NCBI GenBank assembly: GCA_038062175.1
Contig: JBBTXR010000001.1
Span: forward strand, 9,420-73,419
DNA length: 64,000 bases
Direction of reading: 5' to 3'
From: Patescibacteria group bacterium
GTDB taxonomy: Bacteria; Patescibacteriota; Minisyncoccia; Phycocordibacterales; Phycocordibacteraceae
The notes beneath the pieces were generated by a model, which saw only the letters and a list, made by a program, of their open reading frames with translations, searched no databases and was not told where the DNA came from. Position numbers and translations under genes: made by a program. Positions 9,640 through 17,791 of the stretch are shown piece by piece. Positions within the stretch are counted from its first letter, which is position 1; each line of letters begins with the position of its first letter.

Positions 9640-10329
9640 GAAACCAAAGCGGAACAGGAGCAGTCCCCTCTCGATCTCACTGACTACGAGGAATACTGGA
9701 GTTCTGCGAAGAATAAGAAAGGATATAGCGGCACCGCCATCTTTACTAAGATGACGCCAAACGACGTCGTATACGGCATGCCCGAAGACATAGCCAAGAA
9801 GTACGGTCTTTCTGACGATAGCTATGGTGATCCAAACGAGGAGGGGCGTATCGTGGCCGCTGATATGTTCGATTTCTGGGTGGTATCGGTATATACCCCG
9901 AACGCTAAGGACGACCTCTCTCGCTTATCACTTCGGCATAAGCAATGGGATCCAGCATTCCTTGAATATATGAAGCGGCTTGAGGAGGAGAAACCCGTTA
10001 TTTTCTGCGGTGATTTGAATGTTGCCCACACTCCAGAGGATCTTGCTCGACCTGACGCTAATGTCGGAATGAAGGGCTTTACTGATGAGGAGCGAGAAGG
10101 CATCGACCAGGCTCTAAAAGCCGGGTTCATCGATACGCTCCGACTCTTCAAGAAAGAGGGCGGTTTATATACTTGGTGGAGTCCCTGGGGAAATGCGCGA
10201 GAACGTAATGTGGGCTGGCGCATCGATTACATCTTCGTTTCAAAGACATTTGCTAAGCACGTAAAGGCTGCAGACATTCACCCCGAGGTAATGGGCTCGG
10301 ACCACTGCCCTGTCTCAATCGATATATAG
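9535..10329 (+). CDS. xth: Exodeoxyribonuclease III (AP endonuclease family 1)
   Basis: Xth N-terminus (MRIMSWNVNGIRA...KPDILCLQETK) and C-terminus (DYIFVS...SDHCPV). The ORF-track start at 9439 is an upstream extension; Met at 9535 fits the family. Confidence 0.9.
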   Translation: MRIMSWNVNGIRAVHRKDEFMPFIKKYKPDILCLQETKAEQEQSPLDLTDYEEYWSSAKNKKGYSGTAIFTKMTPNDVVYGMPEDIAKKYGLSDDSYGDPNEEGRIVAADMFDFWVVSVYTPNAKDDLSRLSLRHKQWDPAFLEYMKRLEEEKPVIFCGDLNVAHTPEDLARPDANVGMKGFTDEEREGIDQALKAGFIDTLRLFKKEGGLYTWWSPWGNARERNVGWRIDYIFVSKTFAKHVKAADIHPEVMGSDHCPVSIDI

Positions 10330-10759
10330 GACATCCTAAAGGACAGGTTATACACATCCATGTCCTTTACTCTGTCCTATAGAAACCCTAGTATTATCTA
10401 TGGACGTGGGGCGTCGAGCATCTTTCCAAGATAGAACGGCGCAGCCACGCTTCGATGGTTGTTCTTTGCTAGCTCTTTTCAGATCAAACGCATAACGTAA
10501 GGTTCAGGACCTCCCAACGAACTCCGGAGCGTATCTCCCAAAATAAAAACGGGTTAGGTCCGGTTCCACGTGAAAGCGTACACAAGAAGCATCATGCGAA
10601 ACGCGATCCCCGCTTTTCTCCAGTAGGACACTCACATAGCCCCAAGCCCCATTTATCGTCCTACACAAAACGGATCGCAAAGTAGCCAACGTTCGTCAAA
10701 GGGCCTCGTCTTTAGCTCGGAACTTCGATTCTAAGCTGAAAACGAGGCCCTTTCTTATA

Positions 10760-10805
10760 TCCTTTCACGTGAAATGTTGCTTTTAGGCCATTTCACGTGA
10801 AAGAC
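10760..10805. repeat. 16-bp inverted repeat pair built from TTTCACGTGAAA palindromes
   Basis: cctttcacgtgaaatg ... ccatttcacgtgaaag, with each arm itself palindromic. Sits between the convergent xth and cca genes. Confidence 0.6.
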
Positions 10806-12275
10806 CTAGGATACGTGGTGTTTCTTGAGGATTTCTTGAACTTCCCTCTCCTCCTCCATTTCCTGTCGTTTTTTACCCGAATCCCCTAATTCTTTGAGTT
10901 CCTGATCATTAAGTGCAAGTAACTCATTTGTGCGTGCATCTAGGTATTCCTCAGTGTTCTTCTTTGGGTCCTCAAGTACTTCCTCAAGCAGTGCATGGAG
11001 AATATGACCGATCCTGGGGCCAGGTTGCACATGAAACTGAGTCATAATCCGGTTTCCATCGGTCCTGAGCATGGCTACGGAGATTGGATCCCGGAGCGCC
11101 TCCTCGACCATAGCCTTGTATCGGCGGAATCTAAATGGTTGTTCCTTTGGTCGTCCGGTACCAATACGGTCGCAGATCCGGAGATTGAGAAGATCCCATA
11201 TGTTCTCCTCTCCCACATTAGCGATCATTCTCCTCACGGCTGAGAGGGTAATCTGGTCTGGATCTGAGAAAAACATGTGCCAGCGAACCATTTTGCTCAC
11301 TTTCTCAATTGTTTCCCGTGAAAAGCGTAGATCCTCAAGCGCCTTCTTGGTCACTCGTGAGCCAACAACCTCATGTCCGTGGAAGGTCCAGTCTCTTTTC
11401 TCGTCAGACCAATAGCGAGTCTCAGGCTTTGCGACATCATGGAAGAGGGCAGAGAGCCGGATATCAAGTGGCCAGCCCTTATCAGCTGCATGCTGGAGGG
11501 CACGCATATTGTGCTCGAATACGTCGTAGCTATGAGCTTGGTTCTGATCCACGCCGATACCACGGATAAGGTCAGGGGCGATATATTCAAGGATCCCAAG
11601 CCGATGGGCCATAACCAGAGCAATCATTGGCTGATCTGACTCAAGAATGCGTACGAACTCATCCTTAATCCTTTCACGTGAAATGTGCTTGAGGTTACCA
11701 GCCTTTGTTTGAATAGCTGCAGCAGTATCAGTATCGAGCGCGAAGCCTAGTTCAGCCATCAAGCGGACTGCACGCATAAGACGGAGACCATCCTCCTCAA
11801 ATCGAGCTTCAGGATTACCTACTGTCCTTAATACCCGAATCTCAATGTCCGTTTGTCCTTTATAAGGGTCAACCAATTGTCCTTTAGAATCCTCAAGGGC
11901 AATGGCGTTAATGGTGAAGTCGCGGCGGGCGAGATCGTCCTCAAGACTGTCCCCAAAGCTAACTTCATCCGGGCGTCGCTTATCTGAATATCCCGTCTCC
12001 GTGCGGTAGGGAGTAACCTCAACCACAGCTAGCCGCGGATCCTCAGATTCGGTCTTTACGCCGACTGTCCCGAAGTCGTTTTCATAGAAGGAGTTAGGGA
12101 AGATCCTCTGAATGTCTTCAGGCTTTGCGTTAGTGGTCACGTCCCAGTCCTTAGGGGTGCGATCAAGAACTAGGTCGCGAACACAGCCGCCAACTAGATA
12201 TGCCTCGTAGCCTTCCTTGCGGAGCCCGTCAGTGACAGCCTGTACCTCAGGCGGAATAGGGAAGTGCATACACAA
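10806..12275 (-). CDS. cca: CCA-adding tRNA nucleotidyltransferase with HD domain
   Basis: 489-aa ORF with a Pol-beta head domain (GGCVRDLVLDRTPKDWDVTT) and HD motif (HD...FHDVAKP). Confidence 0.85.
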   Translation of the reverse strand: MCMHFPIPPEVQAVTDGLRKEGYEAYLVGGCVRDLVLDRTPKDWDVTTNAKPEDIQRIFPNSFYENDFGTVGVKTESEDPRLAVVEVTPYRTETGYSDKRRPDEVSFGDSLEDDLARRDFTINAIALEDSKGQLVDPYKGQTDIEIRVLRTVGNPEARFEEDGLRLMRAVRLMAELGFALDTDTAAAIQTKAGNLKHISRERIKDEFVRILESDQPMIALVMAHRLGILEYIAPDLIRGIGVDQNQAHSYDVFEHNMRALQHAADKGWPLDIRLSALFHDVAKPETRYWSDEKRDWTFHGHEVVGSRVTKKALEDLRFSRETIEKVSKMVRWHMFFSDPDQITLSAVRRMIANVGEENIWDLLNLRICDRIGTGRPKEQPFRFRRYKAMVEEALRDPISVAMLRTDGNRIMTQFHVQPGPRIGHILHALLEEVLEDPKKNTEEYLDARTNELLALNDQELKELGDSGKKRQEMEEEREVQEILKKHHVS

Positions 12276-12302
12276 ATGCTAGCACAACGCGCCAACTGAA
12301 CC

Positions 12303-13001
12303 ATGATATCCTATGTACATATCATGAAAGCAAAGGTTTTAGAGAAGGAGAAGGCAATACTGCTTCGCAAGCAGGGGATGAGCTACAAAGATATCCTTGC
12401 TCAAATCCCCGTGGCAAAGAGCTCGCTCTCAATGTGGCTTCAAGATTTACCGCTAACAGAAGAGGAGAAGCATAATTTGAAGCGGAGGAAGGACGGTAAT
12501 ATTTCCCGTGGAAGAATTCGAGCGGCAACTTCACTGCATAGGTTGCGCGAGGCGAGGGATAGTGATCTTTACGAAATCTGTAGGAAAGAATTTGCGCAGT
12601 TTGCGCACGATCCATTTTTTCAAGTCGGGATATCTCTTTATTGGGCAGAGGGGGCGAAGAGAAGCTCTAATTTTGGCTTCACCAATTCTGATCCTGAAAT
12701 GGTCATGGTAATGATCAGGTGGATCAATAAATACCTCGATATTAAGACAAGTGATTTACGCTTACGTCTGTATACACATCGTCCTTTTGCATCTGAGAAT
12801 CAAGAAGAATATTGGGCTAAAGAAACGGGTATACCTCGGCAAAATTTCGGCAAAACTGTATATAAACCCACCGGACTACTCGTAAAAAAGAGACCAAACT
12901 ATAAAGGATGTATAAGAATTGAAATAGGAAAAGTGCTTTATCTACGTAAAATGCTCTTCTGGCAGCGTCTTCTGATTGAATACTATAGAAAAGAGCGCTA
13001 A
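12303..13001 (+). CDS. Low-GC hypothetical HTH-domain protein (possible degenerate LAGLIDADG-like fold)
   Basis: 232-aa ORF, markedly AT-rich versus its flanks. N-terminal HTH-like segment (MSYKDILAQIPVAKSSLSMWL). LYWAEGAK resembles a degenerate LAGLIDADG motif. Lies directly upstream of the tRNA cluster. Confidence 0.45.
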   Translation: MISYVHIMKAKVLEKEKAILLRKQGMSYKDILAQIPVAKSSLSMWLQDLPLTEEEKHNLKRRKDGNISRGRIRAATSLHRLREARDSDLYEICRKEFAQFAHDPFFQVGISLYWAEGAKRSSNFGFTNSDPEMVMVMIRWINKYLDIKTSDLRLRLYTHRPFASENQEEYWAKETGIPRQNFGKTVYKPTGLLVKKRPNYKGCIRIEIGKVLYLRKMLFWQRLLIEYYRKER

Positions 13002-13012
13002 GGTTCAGGAAG

Positions 13013-13085
13013 GCGCCTGTAGCTCAACGGATAGAGCACTTGCCTTCGAAGCAAGGGGTTGGGGGTTCGAGTCCCTCCGGGCGCA
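13013..13085 (+). tRNA. tRNA-Arg (anticodon TCG)
   Basis: Manual cloverleaf: acceptor GCGCCTG/CGGGCGC, anticodon stem CTTGC/GCAAG, loop CTTCGAA, T-loop GGTTCGAGTCC. Confidence 0.8.
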
Positions 13086-13126
13086 CTAGAAAGAAAGGTG
13101 GCTCTCGTGCTAGTATTTCGAACGAA

Positions 13127-13197
13127 GCGGCTATAGTTTAGTGGTAGAACGGGACCTTGCCAAGGTTCAGATTCGGGTTCGATTCCCGGTAGCCGCA
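13127..13197 (+). tRNA. tRNA-Gly (anticodon GCC)
   Basis: Manual cloverleaf: acceptor GCGGCTA/TAGCCGC, anticodon loop TTGCCAA, T-loop GGTTCGATTCC. Confidence 0.8.
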
Positions 13198-13205
13198 CAG
13201 GTAGC

Positions 13206-13232
13206 AAAACAGCCCGAAAGGGCTGTTTTGCG
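13206..13232 (+). terminator. Rho-independent terminator after tRNA-Gly(GCC)
   Basis: aaaacagccc-gaaa-gggctgtttt hairpin with T tract. Confidence 0.7.
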
Positions 13233-13379
13233 TTGGGGACAAAGGTGTTAGTACTGGGGATAAAGGACATAGGACATTACAGAAGAAACTCATCAATGTC
13301 CGCGAAATACTAAGTAAATACAGCGTATTTCTAATTAGATCTTCTTATCCACCTCTCGGACCTTTTCCACACTAGTTTG

Positions 13380-13450
13380 TCGGGGTGCGGAGAATTGAAC
13401 TCCGTCTATCTGCTCCCAAAGCAGACGTACTACCGGTATACGACACCCCG
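13380..13450 (-). tRNA. tRNA-Pro (anticodon TGG)
   Basis: Reverse complement folds with acceptor CGGGGTG/CACCCCG, anticodon stem TCTGC/GCAGA, loop TTTGGGA, T-loop GGAGTTCAATTCTCC. Confidence 0.75.
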
Positions 13451-13472
13451 AATGGAGAGAGAATACCACAGA

Positions 13473-14534
13473 TTATCGACTAAGTTCACGTACTAGGAGA
13501 ATTCCAAGGCGCTTTGAGTCATCGGTGAACACCTCTACAAAGTCTTTGGTCTTCCCGTTCTTGAAGTAGCTATCAAAATCCTCACCGCTATCCGCCTTAA
13601 AACTAGCTCGCATATGCGCAACAGTGACTGCGCGCGTTTCGCGGCTCGCAATGTCCCCAGTCTGTGTGCTGGTGGTGACAATCCCCACAAGCTCGCCTCG
13701 TCCGTTAGCTACAGCGCCTCCAGAAGAACCCTGCTGGGAGGCTGCACTTCCGGTGAGTGCAAGAAGATCGATTCTGCCGTTGTCGAAGCTGAATCGGTTC
13801 TTTACCTTGGCCAATACAAGGGTGGGGAAGAGAGAGCTTTGAATTTGCTTTGAAGATAGGGCTTGCGCGCCGTAGGTGCCAAGGGCGAGTTCCGTGCCCT
13901 GGGCAGTTTCTCCCTTAGTAAGCGGCATGTATGCAAAGCTTCCGGGGAGCGGAAGCGGTGTAGCGCTCTGGGTTATCGCGAGCACCGCAAAATCATGCTC
14001 TCCGGTGCCTTTGGCACCTAGAGACGCAAGAGTGCGCGGGTTAGCTGCTACCCACTGACTAGATACATACACCGGCTCAGCCTTATACGCAGCCTGTGCA
14101 GGGCTTCCAGTCCGTACGGTGCAGCTTATTGCTCCTTCAGGAAGCGCGTCACGGACAAGGTAGTACTGAGCAATATGGCTATTGGTCAGAATAAGTCCTT
14201 TAGAATCGAAAATGACCCCACTCCCGCTCATGGAGCGCACCTTAGGGTCCTTCGAGGTGCAGATAATGTTTACGATGGCTCCTCGGAGCTTGGTAAGTGT
14301 GATGCCAAGGTCCGACTCAGGGGCTTTGGGGAGCAGTGGAGCCAACGCTGAAGGAACGGATGGCTTAGTAGGTGTCAGTGGCTTTATAGGCGCTACAGGA
14401 ACGCTTGAGGTGGCAACCGGACCAAAGAGACCGGTTACTTGTGGGGTGGAACTGCCCATCTGTATCCCATAAAGCGAATTAAGGGTGATGATGAGGGCTG
14501 AAAGCGCCGAGATGACACCCTGGAGAGCAGGCAT
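13473..14534 (-). CDS. Trypsin-like serine protease (S1 family, HtrA-like protease domain without PDZ)
   Basis: 353-aa ORF with an N-terminal signal/TM segment, catalytic Ser motif (GSSGGAV) and His/Asp regions (LTNSHI..., DFAVL). Confidence 0.75.
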   Translation of the reverse strand: MPALQGVISALSALIITLNSLYGIQMGSSTPQVTGLFGPVATSSVPVAPIKPLTPTKPSVPSALAPLLPKAPESDLGITLTKLRGAIVNIICTSKDPKVRSMSGSGVIFDSKGLILTNSHIAQYYLVRDALPEGAISCTVRTGSPAQAAYKAEPVYVSSQWVAANPRTLASLGAKGTGEHDFAVLAITQSATPLPLPGSFAYMPLTKGETAQGTELALGTYGAQALSSKQIQSSLFPTLVLAKVKNRFSFDNGRIDLLALTGSAASQQGSSGGAVANGRGELVGIVTTSTQTGDIASRETRAVTVAHMRASFKADSGEDFDSYFKNGKTKDFVEVFTDDSKRLGILLVRELSR

Positions 14535-14602
14535 ATCTAAACGCTACACTGGAGCTGCTTAAAAATACAGAGCAGAAGGTATTATGGTATTCTCCTACCG
14601 AA

Positions 14603-14673
14603 GCGGGGTTAGTTTAATGGTAGAACAGTAGGTTTCCAACCTTCTAGCAGGAGTTCGATTCTCCTACCCCGCA
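14603..14673 (+). tRNA. tRNA-Gly (anticodon TCC)
   Basis: Acceptor GCGGGGT/ACCCCGC, anticodon stem GTAGG/CCTTC, loop TTTCCAA, T-loop AGTTCGATTCTCC. Confidence 0.8.
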
Positions 14674-14676
14674 CAT

Positions 14677-15555
14677 TTAGATGGCGACCGATATTTTAAT
14701 GTGAGGATGAGATTGATACCCATCAAGACGAGTATCTGTGTGTGCCCACGTCAGCACTGAAACTGGTTGCGATGTAGAAGTGCGCGGTAATGCAGAATGC
14801 GGCTCTCGAGAAAGTATCTCATCCGCTTGATCTTCATGCGTAACGTAAAGCTCCACATTTCCAAAGAAGGCTGTGACCGTACCAGGAATATAACCAGTCT
14901 CCTGCGCAAGGAGATGGAGAAGGAGTGCATATTGAGCGAGGTCGAAAGGGAATCCCAGCATGATATCTATCGACCTTTGGAAGAGAAATAGATGCATTGT
15001 GTTCTCGAATACGCTTACTTTAAACGCGAACGGACAGGGTGGGATTGCCTGTTGAGTAAGGTGCTGAGGGTTCCAACAACTTACCACCATTCGCTTACTA
15101 TTCGGATCGGTCTTAATCGTCTCCAGAAGCCAGGTGATCTGATCAACTCCTTGGCCGGAATAGTCATTTGCATATCCCTCGTACTTCGCTCCAAAGTGTC
15201 GCCATTCAAATCCGTAGAGCGGACCGAGATCCCTTTCTTCATGCATGCGACGTCTTGTCGCGGCATCGCGCGCGTAGGGTACGAGCGATGGATTACACCA
15301 CTCGTCCCAGATATGATTTCCGCGCTCCTGTAACCACCGCTTGTCAGTAATACCTTGAAGATTGAATTCGAGCTCTGAAGCTATGAGATGGAAAGGGATA
15401 GTGCGCAGGGTGGTAAGCGGAAAGCCCTCAGAAAGATCGTGCACGAACGTTGCTCCAGGAAGCATGTGTGCATCGACACCAGACCGAGTCGACTTTATGG
15501 GAGCATGACGCACTTCGCTAAGAAGGCTTTGATATTTGAAATCAAAGGAGCTCAT
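14677..15555 (-). CDS. thyA: Thymidylate synthase ThyA
   Basis: 292-aa ORF with ThyA motifs (GFPLTT, IWDEW, PPCPFAFKVSVF, QRSIDIMLGFPFD). Confidence 0.9.
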   Translation of the reverse strand: MSSFDFKYQSLLSEVRHAPIKSTRSGVDAHMLPGATFVHDLSEGFPLTTLRTIPFHLIASELEFNLQGITDKRWLQERGNHIWDEWCNPSLVPYARDAATRRRMHEERDLGPLYGFEWRHFGAKYEGYANDYSGQGVDQITWLLETIKTDPNSKRMVVSCWNPQHLTQQAIPPCPFAFKVSVFENTMHLFLFQRSIDIMLGFPFDLAQYALLLHLLAQETGYIPGTVTAFFGNVELYVTHEDQADEILSREPHSALPRTSTSQPVSVLTWAHTDTRLDGYQSHPHIKISVAI

Positions 15556-16844
15556 GACTTCCTTGGACGAATCTTATAGTTACGGGTATCTGCGATTGTG
15601 TCCTCATTATCAAGCGTAATGATCTCGTAGACATAACCATAGTGTTCTAGACCCTTCTTGAGGAGTTCAAGCGAATCGAGATCCTTATTCGAGAAGTTGA
15701 GATAGATCACACCCTTTGGACTCAGGTAATCCTTAGCTGACTGCAGGAATTTGGTGAGTACGCTCTCGTCGTCTCCTTGCGTCTTGAATGCGTGCGCAAG
15801 GCTCACATCGGTCTTCTTCAGTCGTTCGTTATGGAAGGGAGGATTGAAGTAGATGATGTCGAAGTATCCCTTATAGATCGAAGGTATTTTCTCGAACAGG
15901 CTACTTTCAAAGACAACACCCTTATCTGCGTGCTTTGAATGATCGAGATTGTACTTTGCGTTTGCGACTGCAGTTGGATTGATATCGCTCATTACCACTT
16001 CCTTTGCATCAGCATCAAGCGCGACTAGACCCATAGCGCCATGGCCACAGGCAAGATCGAGTACTTTCTTGCCGCGTGCAGTGGTGCGCACGAACTGAGC
16101 GAACAGACGGGATGATCGAAATCGATTCGAAGGATATACGCCAGGGAACACGGTCATGACGAGCTTCTCAAAGCAGATCAGATAATTCGAAGTGTTCTTA
16201 AGGATGTGTTGGTAAATCTGCTCTGATGTAAGTGCGGGATAGAAGGTGGGTGGGTAGTAATCCCTTTCGACCAAGCTATCGAAGTAATCGATGACGATGC
16301 GTGCTGCCTCATCCCCATCTTTCGCATAGAAGAGGGGAGTGTGGTCTTCATGCATGAGGTTCTCAGCGATGAACGAATCGATAAGGTTCTTGTATCGATC
16401 AAAGTAATCCCCAACCAGAACAGTCGGTTTATCGCACTCCTTGAGGATGTTTAGGATATGTACCTCCAGAATCTCGTGGAAGGTACCCACGGCACCCGGT
16501 AGAGCGATGTAAGCGTCTCCAAGCTCGATAAGCCTGCGCTGTCGGTCATGATGATCGGTATAGGCCTCGTACTCATCCAGATAGGCATGCGGTTTGGGAT
16601 CGTGGTTCGCAAGAGCGATACCGAATACATGGCCACCGGCTTTCTTAGTTGCCTTCGCGACGACGCCCATGAGGCCGGATGAGCTCCCGCCATTGTTTAT
16701 GCCGAATCCTGCCTCACTCAGATTCCTGGCCACCGTCTCAGCATCCCGAATGTAGAGCGGGTTTGTGGTCTCATTGCGACTTGAGAATACGGTCGCCCGC
16801 GGGGTATACCCCGACTTCGTTTTCTTCAATGCGATATTTGTCAT
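15552..16844 (-). CDS. Fusion protein: LOG-like (TIGR00730) domain plus SAM-dependent methyltransferase with NPPF motif
   Basis: N-terminal half has LOG family motifs (GGSSSGLMG ... PGAVGTFHE). C-terminal half has a class I MTase motif I (VLDLACGHG) and FNPPFH (RsmC/RlmG/HemK-like). Overlaps the thyA start by 4 nt. Confidence 0.7.
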   Translation of the reverse strand: MTNIALKKTKSGYTPRATVFSSRNETTNPLYIRDAETVARNLSEAGFGINNGGSSSGLMGVVAKATKKAGGHVFGIALANHDPKPHAYLDEYEAYTDHHDRQRRLIELGDAYIALPGAVGTFHEILEVHILNILKECDKPTVLVGDYFDRYKNLIDSFIAENLMHEDHTPLFYAKDGDEAARIVIDYFDSLVERDYYPPTFYPALTSEQIYQHILKNTSNYLICFEKLVMTVFPGVYPSNRFRSSRLFAQFVRTTARGKKVLDLACGHGAMGLVALDADAKEVVMSDINPTAVANAKYNLDHSKHADKGVVFESSLFEKIPSIYKGYFDIIYFNPPFHNERLKKTDVSLAHAFKTQGDDESVLTKFLQSAKDYLSPKGVIYLNFSNKDLDSLELLKKGLEHYGYVYEIITLDNEDTIADTRNYKIRPRKS

Positions 16845-16907
16845 ATGCGCAAAAGTATTGTCTAACTAGCTCTGCCTGTCAAACACTGTCAGACAGTAGT
16901 TGACAAC

Positions 16908-17696
16908 ATGTCCGAACAGACTTACATTTTGAGTATGGAATTGAATAAGGCGCTAGAAACGCTCGGGTTTTCAGCTAAGGAAATACAGGTCTATTTGACC
17001 GTTCTTAAGCTCGGGAAGACAACCCCTGCTGAGGTCGCAAAGATCACCAAGATTGGGCGCCCAACGGTCTACAACATCGCCAAAAGCCTCCTAACAAAAG
17101 GGGTTATAGCTGAAGACAAGGCAGATTCAGTCCTTCATTTGGTTGCACTTCCACCTGAAGGACTTAAGGCTTCGCTCGAACAAACCAGGGTAGAGCTTGC
17201 AAAACGTGAGGAAATCATTGAGGAGACGATCGAACAACTCGCAGTTATGCGTTCGGAGGATACCTACCCAGTCCCAAAGCTCCGTTTTATAGAAGAAGGA
17301 GAGCTACGGGACCATCTCTTTCAAAATGCAGTGAAATGGAACGAGAGCACGCTCGGTAAGGACGGTGTCTGGTATGGGTTTCAGGACCACAGTTTTGTTG
17401 AGAACTATGCCGATTGGATTGACTGGACCGTGAGGAAATTCAAGGATACGGATTATAAAGTACGCCTTTTTAGTAACGCGTCGAAGATCGAAGAGCGACT
17501 TGAGGGCAAGATTCCTACACGAACCATTAAGTTCCTTAAGGATTCACGCTTTACAGCAACTACCTGGGTCGTCGGAGACTATCTGGTTATGATTTCATCA
17601 CGAAAATCACCCTTTTATCTCGTGGAAATCCACGATGCCCTCATGGCAGAGAATATGAGGGAGGTGTTTAAGAATATGTGGGCGGTAAGCGAATAG
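16908..17696 (+). CDS. TrmB-family transcriptional regulator (N-terminal wHTH)
   Basis: TrmB-type HTH (LTVLKLGKTTPAEVAKITKIGRPTVYNIAKSL) plus a C-terminal TrmB-like domain. Divergent from the LOG-MTase gene, with TGTCA repeats in the intergenic region. Confidence 0.6.
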   Translation: MSEQTYILSMELNKALETLGFSAKEIQVYLTVLKLGKTTPAEVAKITKIGRPTVYNIAKSLLTKGVIAEDKADSVLHLVALPPEGLKASLEQTRVELAKREEIIEETIEQLAVMRSEDTYPVPKLRFIEEGELRDHLFQNAVKWNESTLGKDGVWYGFQDHSFVENYADWIDWTVRKFKDTDYKVRLFSNASKIEERLEGKIPTRTIKFLKDSRFTATTWVVGDYLVMISSRKSPFYLVEIHDALMAENMREVFKNMWAVSE

Positions 17697-17791
17697 GCCT
17701 TGAAATCAGAGTTCTTCATTGATTCTCCAGGGATTTGTTGTAATGTCCGTAGTAGGACTAGGGCGAAAGATTAATAAATGGCTTATTTACT

